Assembly: GCA_902608415.1 (NCBI GenBank)
Contig: CACLNZ010000002.1
Location: forward strand, 25,861-89,860
DNA length: 64,000 nucleotides
Origin: an uncultured PS1 clade bacterium
GTDB taxonomy: Bacteria; Pseudomonadota; Alphaproteobacteria; MED-G09
Direction of reading: 5' to 3'
The position numbers and the translations under genes are program-made. This document shows positions 20,008 to 28,907 of this stretch, piece after piece; position 1 is the stretch's first letter; every line of letters begins with the position of its first letter. The notes under the pieces were generated by a model. That model did not search any database. It was not told the DNA's origin and saw only the letters and a program-made list of their open reading frames with translations.

Positions 20008-20368
20008 TCACAATAGCGGTAAACCCCATAATACTCATTAAAAGAAATGTACCTTGAGCACCTATTAAACGAGGATAATTAGCTCCAGGACTTCTGCTCA
20101 TTCCCCATGCATGTAATACCCTAAAGATAACAAGTAGACCTCCCATTGTATGAACAATATGTGGATGAACACCTGATATCTCTATAAGAAAAAGAAGAAA
20201 TAAAGAAAGTGGTACATTTTCGATAAAATTAGATTGCACTCTTTGAACTGTATTATCTCTCCATTCTGGTTCTTTATCTCCTCTTAAACGAACATAAAGG
20301 ACCTGGTTTGCCAATAGAACGGATAGTAAGATTAATATTCCAGCATATAATAAAGTGATCGATGCCAT
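19988..20368 (-). CDS. MAPEG family membrane protein
   Basis: 126 aa with 3-4 TM helices and the RVQSNFIENVP block typical of MAPEG. Confidence 0.6.
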   Translation of the reverse strand: MASITLLYAGILILLSVLLANQVLYVRLRGDKEPEWRDNTVQRVQSNFIENVPLSLFLLFLIEISGVHPHIVHTMGGLLVIFRVLHAWGMSRSPGANYPRLIGAQGTFLLMSIMGFTAIVISVLSL

Positions 20369-20595
20369 TATAACGCTCCTAAAATAACAAATATAATACC
20401 AATGACTGATAAGCTAATACCTATCCATGCATATTGATCGAACCAAAAAAGCATGAAGGCTTTTTGTGAGCCTTTTTCAGCGGTTGCAGTTTCTCCAGAC
20501 TTAAGCTGTCTTGGTAATCCTGAAACCCAAAAAATTTGTAGTCCTAACCATAAAAAACCAAGACCTATTGGAATAAACCAAAAATTATCATCCAT
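20368..20595 (-). CDS. small two-TM membrane protein, unknown function
   Basis: 75 aa, two hydrophobic helices. Its stop overlaps the MAPEG start by 1 nt. Confidence 0.4.
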   Translation of the reverse strand: MDDNFWFIPIGLGFLWLGLQIFWVSGLPRQLKSGETATAEKGSQKAFMLFWFDQYAWIGISLSVIGIIFVILGAL

Positions 20596-20620
20596 ATTTA
20601 GACTCCTTTACTCATTTTCA

Positions 20621-21682
20621 TCATGAACCTACTTTTAAAGATATCAGAGGAAGATCAAGAAAAGAAACAAATCCTGGCTCAGCATCACAGACATAAGGTA
20701 TCGCATTTACCCCATGCATAGCTGTTGAAATAAGAGGATCATCATTCCAGTCATGACTGAATGAGACTTTCATTTGTGGTACACCCTCAACTTCTACAGT
20801 AACACCTACAGGATCATTCCATTCTGGCGCTGAATCTTCGCTCGCTCTATAAATTGCCTCTTGAATAATTGTAACATCATTAGAGCAATTTCCTGTCCAT
20901 TTACGTCTTTGTGCAGCAATAGTGCCTTTAGCAATTTTACCTGCAGCAATTTCAAAATCTTTTTCAGCAGTAACCAGTTTTAAATCTTCTTCAACATCTA
21001 AAACTTCCACACCTATTCCTTCAGCAATGAGATAAATAGCTTCTTTAAATAAACCTGATAACCACGCCTCATAGCGTTCAGCTTCAACTTCATATTCTTC
21101 CATAGTCTTGCCCATAAGCATCCCATCAATAACGATCTCTTTTGAAGGATAATAAGAAAACTCTGAACTCTCACTTACAATTATTTTTTTAATTTCCTGA
21201 GACATCCCAGTCATTGTAAGAGGGACCAACTCAGCAAGCCAACCAGGATTATATCCTGTTCCATGCAAGCTTACTCCGCCCTCTCTACATGCACTTTCAA
21301 TTTCATTTAAATAATCTTCTCCAAATGCTTTAGGAAAAAGAAAACCAACGGTTGTAACTACATTAACTCCACTTTTTAAAATTTTAATTATATTATTTTT
21401 ATCAAGATCTGGATCCTCATTAACTCTAAACGAGGCTAAAGGAGTATAATTAATACAATCGATATCTAAATCTGCATTTAAAAATTCATCTATATTATTT
21501 GTAGCTTTTACCCCTAATTCTTCAATGCCAATAATGGCTCCAGCATCCATCCCGATTTTGTTTTTATCAGAAACTATTAAACCGGAAAGATTTAAATCTT
21601 TTCTATTATTAATACCAATGATTGAAGCCTTACCAACATTGCCGCTTGACCATTGAACAACATTATATGTTTCTTTTTTCAA
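20621..21682 (-). CDS. NAD(P)-binding oxidoreductase, DapB N-terminal-like (amine dehydrogenase-like family)
   Basis: 353 aa. The N-terminal VVQWSSGNVGK Rossmann motif and overall length match the family often annotated as dihydrodipicolinate reductase-like. Confidence 0.5.
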   Translation of the reverse strand: MKKETYNVVQWSSGNVGKASIIGINNRKDLNLSGLIVSDKNKIGMDAGAIIGIEELGVKATNNIDEFLNADLDIDCINYTPLASFRVNEDPDLDKNNIIKILKSGVNVVTTVGFLFPKAFGEDYLNEIESACREGGVSLHGTGYNPGWLAELVPLTMTGMSQEIKKIIVSESSEFSYYPSKEIVIDGMLMGKTMEEYEVEAERYEAWLSGLFKEAIYLIAEGIGVEVLDVEEDLKLVTAEKDFEIAAGKIAKGTIAAQRRKWTGNCSNDVTIIQEAIYRASEDSAPEWNDPVGVTVEVEGVPQMKVSFSHDWNDDPLISTAMHGVNAIPYVCDAEPGFVSFLDLPLISLKVGS

Positions 21683-21784
21683 AATTCACTCCCTATGCTA
21701 ATTTTACTTTAGTTCGACAGAACTATTATGTCATGAAATTTGAGATAAAATGAAATTATTATTAGTTAGTAAATATTGAAAATT

Positions 21785-22729
21785 TTATAGGAACACTTCG
21801 TCTTTAACCCCAAAGAGAACACTTCGCATCCAAGCATTTGCTGGATCATCAGTAGATCTTTTATTCCATATCATTTTCACTGAAAATTCTTCTGATTTAA
21901 ATGGTAGAGAAACTACATCAAATTCATCTTTGTTATTTACTAGGGCGCTGACATTACTTGATAATGATATAATACAGTCTGTCTCACGAACTATTTCAAT
22001 TGCAGATTGATAATAATTCACTGATACCATTTTATTTCTTTTTCTTCCCATTTTCGCTAATGTCACATCTACAGGGCTATTACTGATACCATCTATACTA
22101 ATAAATACATGGTCTGCAGCTAAAAAGTTTTCAAAACTTATCTTATTATTTTTAATTAATGGATGGCCTTTCCTTGCAACGCATCGATAGGTATCACGAT
22201 AAACTTCAAAACTATCAAAGTATTCATCAAATCTTTGTCCAACAGGTGAATCCATTTCCTGCACCATGTGCGGATCAGCGGCAAGGATAAAATCAATATC
22301 ATGATTTTTTAATCTTTCTAAAACGCCATTTTGCAAAGCAATATTTGTTATTTTTATTTTTGGCGCTTCTTCTTGAAGTGTTTGAACTACCCTTGCGGCA
22401 ACTTTAGATGCAGCAACATCAGGTGTGCAAAAAACAAATCTTTTTTCAGAATCTGCTGGATTAAAACCTTCACGTGTTAATGTGCTATCAATTAATTCCA
22501 GTGCCTTTTTTATAGGACCAACAAACTCTAAGGCTGCAGGTGTTGGCTGCATTCGATCGCCAGATCGAAAGAAAAGATCGTCCTTCATTGTATAACGCAA
22601 TCTATTAAGAGCGTTACTTACAGCAGATTGAGACAAATTAAGTTTATCAGAAGCTTTTGTTATTGTTCCCTCATCAAAGATTGAATCAAAGACAACAAGC
22701 AGGTTTAAATCAAGATTATTAAAATTCAT
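21785..22729 (-). CDS. LysR-family transcriptional regulator
   Basis: 314 aa. N-terminal wHTH LNLLVVFDSIFDEGTITKASDKLNLSQSAVSNALNRLR plus a substrate-binding domain. Confidence 0.85.
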   Translation of the reverse strand: MNFNNLDLNLLVVFDSIFDEGTITKASDKLNLSQSAVSNALNRLRYTMKDDLFFRSGDRMQPTPAALEFVGPIKKALELIDSTLTREGFNPADSEKRFVFCTPDVAASKVAARVVQTLQEEAPKIKITNIALQNGVLERLKNHDIDFILAADPHMVQEMDSPVGQRFDEYFDSFEVYRDTYRCVARKGHPLIKNNKISFENFLAADHVFISIDGISNSPVDVTLAKMGRKRNKMVSVNYYQSAIEIVRETDCIISLSSNVSALVNNKDEFDVVSLPFKSEEFSVKMIWNKRSTDDPANAWMRSVLFGVKDEVFL

Positions 22730-22791
22730 TTTATAAATACTCTACATTTTTATAATTCATTTGATAAATATATAGGAGATCACTATATATA

Positions 22792-22811
22792 AGTCAACAT
22801 TAATTCACTGA
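22792..22811 (+). promoter_or_regulatory. 20-nt box AGTCAACATTAATTCACTGA (copy 1), candidate LysR-type operator
   Basis: Repeated 18/20 at 22922-22941. It contains the dyad GTCA-N12-TGAC and lies 63 nt upstream of the divergent LysR start. Confidence 0.3.
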
Positions 22812-22832
22812 CATAATTTTATAGGAGAAAAA

Positions 22833-22910
22833 ATGTCAATACTTAAAAACATACTAATGGTTTTCTTATTCGCATCAGTGCTTATAGCAATACAACCTGT
22901 TTTTATATAG
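22833..22910 (+). CDS. candidate 25-aa hydrophobic peptide (MSILKNILMVFLFASVLIAIQPVFI)
   Basis: AGGAG lies 5 nt upstream of the ATG. The ORF is below the ORF-track size cut-off and may be a leader peptide, a small membrane protein or a gene remnant. Confidence 0.2.
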   Translation: MSILKNILMVFLFASVLIAIQPVFI

Positions 22911-22921
22911 TTTCGATAATC

Positions 22922-22941
22922 AGTCAACATTGATTAACTGA
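22922..22941 (+). promoter_or_regulatory. 20-nt box AGTCAACATTGATTAACTGA (copy 2)
   Basis: Direct repeat of the box at 22792-22811 with 2 mismatches, 130 nt downstream of it. Confidence 0.3.
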
Positions 22942-22971
22942 TTTAAAAATTTAGCTGAAAAGCAAACGGTA

Positions 22972-23026
22972 TTGGGTAATCTTACCATCCTTCCCCCTCC
23001 CAACCCTTCAAGGTGAGGTTACCCAA
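22972..23026. other. 15-bp imperfect hairpin with a 25-nt C-rich loop; candidate structured RNA element
   Basis: TTGGGTAATCTTACC (22972-22986) pairs with GGTGAGGTTACCCAA (23012-23026): 13 Watson-Crick pairs plus 2 G-U. The 25-nt loop is ATCCTTCCCCCTCCCAACCCTTCAA. This is a conspicuous G+C-rich patch in an AT-rich intergenic region. Confidence 0.3.
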
Positions 23027-23046
23027 AAAAACTTTAGGAAAGAAAA

Positions 23047-23208
23047 ATGAATTTAAATAAAGATATAATAGATTTTAAAGAACCAGAACTTAGAAAAAAA
23101 GTTGATAGAATCCAATATGAGAGAGAAATGACTTCAATTGCTATATTTTTATTTGTAGAAAAACTTTCAAAATTCTTTGGTATTTCTCAATCACAATTCA
23201 AACAATAA
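23047..23208 (+). CDS. candidate 53-aa protein, unknown function
   Basis: ATG preceded by AGGAAAG. Translation is MNLNKDIIDFKEPELRKKVDRIQYEREMTSIAIFLFVEKLSKFFGISQSQFKQ, with no recognisable family. Confidence 0.25.
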   Translation: MNLNKDIIDFKEPELRKKVDRIQYEREMTSIAIFLFVEKLSKFFGISQSQFKQ

Positions 23209-23246
23209 TTTAAAACAATAACTTTTTGTTCTATATTTTCTCTGTG

Positions 23247-24107
23247 ATGAGAGAAAATACAGTTGTAGTTGATGGATTAACTTTTCCTGAAGGTCCAAGA
23301 TGGTATAAGGATAAATTATATTTTTCGGATTTTTTTACTCATCAAGTATACGCTACAGACCTCTCAGGGAACTGCAATACTATCATTAAAGTACCTAACC
23401 AGCCATCAGGTTTAGGTTGGTTACCTGATGGAACTCTTCTTGTTGTTTCTATGATTGATCAAAAAGTTTTAGCATATAAAGATAATGCATTAACAGAATA
23501 TGCTGACTGTTCTGAATATGCCAATTTTCATTGTAATGACATGATAGTGAATGCGAATGGGAATGCGTATATTGGGAATTTTGGTTTTAACAGTCGTAAT
23601 AATGAAAGTATCAAATCAACAAATCTCATTCTTGTTCGACCAAATGAAAAACCTGTAATAGCTGCAAATGATCTCTATTTCCCTAACGGAACAATCATAA
23701 CAGAAGACAACAAGACTTTAATAATAGGTGAAACCTACGCGGCAAGATTAACTGCTTTTGATATTAATGATGATGGATCATTATCAAATAGAAGAGTATG
23801 GGCTGATTTAACAAATATAGAGAAAGACTATACGCCAGTTCCTGATGGTATATGTCTTGATAAAGAAAATGCTATTTGGATGGCCTCTCCAAGTACAAAT
23901 GAAGTCCTTCGAATAAAAGAAGGTGGCATCATACTTGATAAAATAAGCGTTCAAACAAATGCTTACGCTTGTGTATTGGGAGGAAAAGATAGAAGAACAT
24001 TATTTGTTTGCACATCAGGGGGATCGGATATGCAATCCTGTATAGAGAAGAAAGAAGGCAGAATAGAATATTTTCAAGTTGATATTCCAGGAGCTGGAAT
24101 TCCATAA
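23247..24107 (+). CDS. SMP-30/gluconolactonase/LRE-like beta-propeller protein
   Basis: From ATG 23247 (MRENTVVVDGLTFPEGPRW...). The blocks PEGPRW, PNG, PDGICLD are typical of SMP-30/lactonase propellers. Confidence 0.75.
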   Translation: MRENTVVVDGLTFPEGPRWYKDKLYFSDFFTHQVYATDLSGNCNTIIKVPNQPSGLGWLPDGTLLVVSMIDQKVLAYKDNALTEYADCSEYANFHCNDMIVNANGNAYIGNFGFNSRNNESIKSTNLILVRPNEKPVIAANDLYFPNGTIITEDNKTLIIGETYAARLTAFDINDDGSLSNRRVWADLTNIEKDYTPVPDGICLDKENAIWMASPSTNEVLRIKEGGIILDKISVQTNAYACVLGGKDRRTLFVCTSGGSDMQSCIEKKEGRIEYFQVDIPGAGIP

Positions 24108-24137
24108 AAAAAACCCCAGCTTAAACTGGGGTTTTTT
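24106..24137. terminator. bidirectional intrinsic terminator between convergent SMP-30-like and TonB-receptor genes
   Basis: AAAAAAAACCCCAG-CTTAAA-CTGGGGTTTTTT: G+C-rich stem flanked by an A-run and a T-run. Confidence 0.7.
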
Positions 24138-24157
24138 CATTTAACTAATAATTATTT

Positions 24158-26701
24158 TTAATAATTAAATTTAGCTCTAACACCAATAGATCTTGGAGCT
24201 CCGTATCTTGCAAAGTTCCAAAGTGTAGCAACTGGGTTAGCAGATACTCTGAATGTTTCATCAGTAAGGTTTTTACCCCAAAGTGTAAGTGCTATATTTT
24301 CATTAACTTCCCAAGTAACAAAACCATTAACAAGCGTTCTTTCTTCGGCTTGTGTATTTCGTTTTTGCAAAATAACTGGATTGTCAGCAGTTCCACCGGC
24401 AGCATTTGCTGGTAGAGGACTTAATTCAAATTCATCACGATGATGGAAACCTAAATTATATATAACTGAACCACCTGAAGCTAAATCCTGGAAGTATGTT
24501 ACAGATAAACCAGCTGTTAATTCTGGAGAAAATGGAACACTAAGACTTGAAAGATCAGGATTAATTGTAACCCCTGAAGGTGCGCCAGCAGTTAATGTTC
24601 CTGCATCAATACCAGGTGCATATTCATCATACTCATGATCAAGAATACCTACAAATCCATCAAAACGAAGATTATCTGTTGGAACATAAGTAGCTTCAAT
24701 TTCAAAACCAGTTGCTGTTGATTCACCTTCGTTAACAGCAGCAGTTTCTTGGAATTGTGTATCACCAACTAGACGAACTTTCACAGAGTCTCTTTGAAGA
24801 CTTTCATATTCTGTTTGGAAAATAGCAGCATTCAAACGTAATCTACCTTCCATAAGATCGGCCTTAACACCAATTTCAATATTAGTATTTTCCTCATCAT
24901 TATAAGGTTTACATGTAAATGTTGATCCACAAGTTTCTGTGAAACCACCTGCAACATAACCTGTTGCGATACTTCCGTATATTAAGGTGTTTTCGTTCAT
25001 TGCATAATCAAGAACAATTCTCCATGTATCAGCTTCAAAATCCTTATTATCATCGATAGCAACACCGAAATCTTCTTTATTTAAAGGATTAGTCCAAGGA
25101 CCAAGATATTGATCAGGTGTAAAGATTAAAGCAAAACTTGCTCCATCAGGTGCATATTGACGTCTGTAGAAGTCTTTTTCATCTTCAGTATGTCTTAGTC
25201 CAACTGTTAATTTCAATTGGTCACTAATGTCATAATTGGCATCAATATAAACAGCTTTACTTGTTCTATCCTGACCAGAAGCCTGAATTTCAGCAACATT
25301 AGCAAATTGTAATGCCCCTGAAGTACCAGTAGGTGAAATAAGATCAACAAAACCTAGATTACCATATACAAGAAACTCTACATCATCAGTATAGTAAGCA
25401 GCGCCGGCAACAAAATTGAAAGGTCCATCAAATTCTGAAGTTACTCTGAATTCTTGCTGGAATTGCTCTCTTCTTGTATTTCTCGCAGCATCATATAGTG
25501 AAGTAAAAGATTCACCAGTATATGTACTATTTAATATTTCATCTTGATCTCTTTGACCTGTAATAGATTTGAGTGTGAAATTTTCAAAATTAAATGTTTG
25601 AGTTAGATAAACACCTTCAACTTCGATTTCGTGACCTCTACCAACACAAGTGAATGTGTTACATGTTTGAGATTCACCGGTAATGAATGGGTTTCCTGGG
25701 TAAGGTCCATCCCTATAACCAGGGAAACCTAAATTTGGAAATAAATAAGCTTCTGCGCCGCCGCCAGGTGTATCGTTGGCTGTAGCAGGAGCATCGCCTT
25801 GATCATCAAGTAATTCATAAGTGAAATCTGCTCTATAGAAATCATTTGGCTCATATCTAACTTTAAATTTAGCGGCAAGAACATCTTTACCACCAATTTT
25901 ACCGCCATTACCTACTGATGTATATGTGCCATCAGCATTCTTAGTAGTGCCCACATCATTAATTTGACCGCCTTCAGAATATAAAGCTGTTGACCCTGGT
26001 CCACCAAATGAAACAATACTTCCAGATGGTTTACTATTTGTCCAATAGCCTTCTTCTTCATCTTGAATAACAGATATACGTACAGCTAATTTATCTCCAA
26101 TCGGGAAATTAATTGCTGCACTTATTTTTTCAATTGATGCATCATTTGAAGCATACTGACCATAAGTTGCTTCAACATCAAAAGTTGTTTCACCAAGAAC
26201 CGGTTTTTTTGTTGTGAAAGCAATCGCACCACCAGTTGTATTCTTACCGAATAATGTTCCTTGTGGACCACGATAAATTTCAACCTGCTCCATATCAAAC
26301 ATTTCAATTGCTTGAGCTTGAACATGGTTAAATGCAAAATCATCAACAACAATACCAACAGACGGGTCTTTAGTAACAAGGATTGAAATAAAACCTGTAC
26401 CTCGCATACCACCTGCAATGGCATTAAAACCATTTTGAGGAGTCAATGTTACATTCGGCGCAAGCTGACCTAACGCAAATACATCATTTCTAAATGTATT
26501 TTCAAGCTGTTGTTCAGTAATTGTTGATACAGCTATAGGAACATCTTGTTGAGAAATATCTCTTTTAGTACCTGTAACAATAATTTCTTCAATACCAAGA
26601 CGACCGTCTGAAACAGACTCAGCATCTTGGGCATTAATTGAAGAAGTAATTCCCATTGTTAATATGAAAGAAAAAATAGTTAAATATCTAATTGAAAGCA
26701 T
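24158..26701 (-). CDS. TonB-dependent outer-membrane receptor
   Basis: 847 aa from ATG 26701 (GGAGG 7 nt upstream). It has a signal peptide ...SSINAQD, plug region EEIIVTGTKR...PQGTLFGKNTTGGAI, a long beta-barrel and C-terminal ...GVRAKFNY. Confidence 0.9.
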   Translation of the reverse strand: MLSIRYLTIFSFILTMGITSSINAQDAESVSDGRLGIEEIIVTGTKRDISQQDVPIAVSTITEQQLENTFRNDVFALGQLAPNVTLTPQNGFNAIAGGMRGTGFISILVTKDPSVGIVVDDFAFNHVQAQAIEMFDMEQVEIYRGPQGTLFGKNTTGGAIAFTTKKPVLGETTFDVEATYGQYASNDASIEKISAAINFPIGDKLAVRISVIQDEEEGYWTNSKPSGSIVSFGGPGSTALYSEGGQINDVGTTKNADGTYTSVGNGGKIGGKDVLAAKFKVRYEPNDFYRADFTYELLDDQGDAPATANDTPGGGAEAYLFPNLGFPGYRDGPYPGNPFITGESQTCNTFTCVGRGHEIEVEGVYLTQTFNFENFTLKSITGQRDQDEILNSTYTGESFTSLYDAARNTRREQFQQEFRVTSEFDGPFNFVAGAAYYTDDVEFLVYGNLGFVDLISPTGTSGALQFANVAEIQASGQDRTSKAVYIDANYDISDQLKLTVGLRHTEDEKDFYRRQYAPDGASFALIFTPDQYLGPWTNPLNKEDFGVAIDDNKDFEADTWRIVLDYAMNENTLIYGSIATGYVAGGFTETCGSTFTCKPYNDEENTNIEIGVKADLMEGRLRLNAAIFQTEYESLQRDSVKVRLVGDTQFQETAAVNEGESTATGFEIEATYVPTDNLRFDGFVGILDHEYDEYAPGIDAGTLTAGAPSGVTINPDLSSLSVPFSPELTAGLSVTYFQDLASGGSVIYNLGFHHRDEFELSPLPANAAGGTADNPVILQKRNTQAEERTLVNGFVTWEVNENIALTLWGKNLTDETFRVSANPVATLWNFARYGAPRSIGVRAKFNY

Positions 26702-26759
26702 AATGTTTCCTCCCCACAAAGTGATAGATTGCTTTTAATAATATAAATTTAGTAGTAGC

Positions 26760-26870
26760 TGATTCTCATATATAAAGTATCTAATTTCAACTCTTAATTT
26801 TGTAAAATTTAGGATAATCAACATATAGTTGAAAAATCTTGAGAATAACGAGATATAGTGGTTGATAATT
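26760..26870. promoter_or_regulatory. scattered Fur-box-like half sites upstream of the TonB-dependent receptor
   Basis: TGAGAATCA (reverse strand, 26760-26768), GATAATCA (26813-26820), TGAGAATAA (26840-26848), TGATAATT (26863-26870). No full 7-1-7 dyad is present. Confidence 0.3.
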
Positions 26871-26968
26871 ACAACATATGCGTTAAAAAGCCCTAAAATT
26901 TGAATTTACTAGAAAGTCTTTTAAACATATTATTCTCACTATATATTATATTAAAAATAGGATTTGAA

Positions 26969-27742
26969 ATGATAATTGTTCTTTCACCAGCAAAAACACT
27001 AGATTACTCTTCATCGAAGAATATTGATGATTACTCATCACCTGTTTTTCTTAATAAATCAAAGAATTTAATAGGTGAGCTGAAGAAGAAGAATCCTAAT
27101 GAGATATCTAAATTAATGAAATTAAGTGATAAGCTAACATCGCTAAATGTTGAGAGATATCAAACATGGAAAGCACGAAAAAAACCTTCAGATAATTCAA
27201 AACAATCTATTTATGTATTTAAAGGCGATGTTTACCAAGGTTTAGACATAGAAAGCTTTTCAAAAAAAGACACTAACTTTGCACAAAAACATTTAAGAAT
27301 TTTATCTGGTTTATATGGCATTCTAAAACCTTTAGATATTATCGAACCATATAGATTAGAAATGGGCACTAAGCTAAAAACAAAAGAAGGATCAGATCTA
27401 TATGATTTTTGGGGAAAAGATATTTCAGAAGAAATTGAAAAAGAATTAAAGAAAATGAAGTCTAAAACTTTAATCAACCTAGCATCTAATGAATATTATG
27501 ATTCAGTTAAGTCTTTATCTAATGATGTAAATGTTATTGCGCCTATCTTTAAGGATAAAGGTAAAGATGGAAAATATAAGATAATTAGTTTTTATGCAAA
27601 GAAAGCTAGAGGATATATGGCTTCGTGGTTAGTAAAAAATAAAATAAATAAAGAAAAGGATATAGCTTCTTTTTCTGAAGAGGGGTACAAGTTCTCAATA
27701 GAAGACTCACAGAATAACTCTCCTGTCTTTTTAAGGGGTTAA
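26969..27742 (+). CDS. yaaA: peroxide stress protein YaaA (DUF328)
   Basis: From ATG 26969. MIIVLSPAKTLDY start and YQGLD, LSGLYG, FYAKKARG blocks are typical of YaaA. Confidence 0.85.
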   Translation: MIIVLSPAKTLDYSSSKNIDDYSSPVFLNKSKNLIGELKKKNPNEISKLMKLSDKLTSLNVERYQTWKARKKPSDNSKQSIYVFKGDVYQGLDIESFSKKDTNFAQKHLRILSGLYGILKPLDIIEPYRLEMGTKLKTKEGSDLYDFWGKDISEEIEKELKKMKSKTLINLASNEYYDSVKSLSNDVNVIAPIFKDKGKDGKYKIISFYAKKARGYMASWLVKNKINKEKDIASFSEEGYKFSIEDSQNNSPVFLRG

Positions 27743-27793
27743 TTTTTTATTGAGATCATAGCTTTGTTAATTTATAAAGGCTTATTCATTTGT

Positions 27794-27869
27794 GGGGCCA
27801 TAGCTCAGTTGGGAGAGCGCCTGCTTTGCAAGCAGGAGGTCGTCGGTTCGATCCCGTCTGGCTCCACCA
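27794..27869 (+). tRNA. tRNA-Ala (anticodon UGC)
   Basis: 76-nt cloverleaf GGGGCCA/TGGCTCC acceptor with G3:U70, anticodon loop CTTTGCAAG, TTCGATC T-loop and encoded CCA. Confidence 0.95.
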
Positions 27870-27910
27870 TTAAAAACTACCCCTAACTAATATAGAAAAA
27901 TTAAAGAACA

Positions 27911-28906
27911 ATGAAAATAGAACGAACATTTCCAGATACAAGAATGCGAAGAATTAGAAAAAGTTCTGGCCTTAGAGAAATGCTAGCTGAAACAAATTTA
28001 TCAAAATCAGATCTCATACAACCAATATTTATAAAAGAAAATTTATCTGGCACTGAGGAAATTAAAACTATGCCAGGAATAAATAGGATCGGTCTTGATA
28101 TATTAATTGATGAAGTTGGTAAAATTGTCGATCTAGGTATAAAATCTATAGCAGTTTTTCCAGTCATTAATGAAGAAAAGAAAGATGAAACTGGTTCCCA
28201 AGCTACAATTGAAGATAATTTTATTTGTCAGGCTATATCTTCAATTAAGAAAAGTTTTCCTGAGCTTTTAATTATAGCTGATGTAGCGCTCGATCCATAT
28301 ACCGATCATGGTCATGATGGTCTACTTGATGAAACAGGAGATGTTGACAATGACTTAACTCTTCCAATTTTAAGAGAGCAGGCAATTATTTTAGCAAAGG
28401 CAGGAACTGATATGATTGCACCATCAGATATGATGGATGGTAGAATAAAAATTATCAGAGATGCTCTAGAACAAAATGGTCTTATCAATACCCTTATACT
28501 TGCTTATTCAGCAAAATTTAGTTCAAAGTTTTATGGTCCATTTAAAGATGCAGTAGAGTCAGCAAAATTTTTTGGTGACAAAACCAAAGACACATATCAA
28601 ATGCCCGTTGGAAATATTAATGAGGCTTTGCATGAGGTTGCGCTAGATATTCAAGAAGGAGCTGACATTGTTATGGTTAAGCCCGGAATGCCCTACCTCG
28701 ATGTTATCAAGGCTGTCAAAGATGAGTTTAAGGTTCCAACTTTTGCCTATCAAGTAAGTGGAGAATATTCAATGCTTAAAAATGCTGTCGACTCTGGACT
28801 ACTAAATAATGATGTCATCAAAGAATCACTTTTATCATTCAAAAGAGCTGGAGCTGATTGTGTGTTGACCTACTTTGCCTCGGAAATTGCTAGAGAACTA
28901 TCTTAA
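27911..28906 (+). CDS. hemB: porphobilinogen synthase (Asp-rich, Mg-type metal site)
   Basis: 331 aa. DVALDPYTDHGHDG in place of a Cys-rich Zn site, plus VKPGMPYLD and YQVSGEY blocks. Confidence 0.9.
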   Translation: MKIERTFPDTRMRRIRKSSGLREMLAETNLSKSDLIQPIFIKENLSGTEEIKTMPGINRIGLDILIDEVGKIVDLGIKSIAVFPVINEEKKDETGSQATIEDNFICQAISSIKKSFPELLIIADVALDPYTDHGHDGLLDETGDVDNDLTLPILREQAIILAKAGTDMIAPSDMMDGRIKIIRDALEQNGLINTLILAYSAKFSSKFYGPFKDAVESAKFFGDKTKDTYQMPVGNINEALHEVALDIQEGADIVMVKPGMPYLDVIKAVKDEFKVPTFAYQVSGEYSMLKNAVDSGLLNNDVIKESLLSFKRAGADCVLTYFASEIARELS

Positions 28907-28907
28907 A

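Noticed and set aside
22987-23011. G-quadruplex potential of the minus-strand loop sequence GGGTTGGGAGGGGGAAGG.
   Set aside because: It has only three clean GGG tracts plus a GG, and it sits inside a loop closed by a 15-bp stem. I kept it as a note within the hairpin finding rather than a separate claim.
27794-27869. tRNA-Ala as an integration site for a genomic island.
   Set aside because: No integrase is present, and I could not see a direct repeat of the tRNA 3' end. The immediately flanking genes (yaaA, hemB) are core genes. The accessory DNA starts beyond them.
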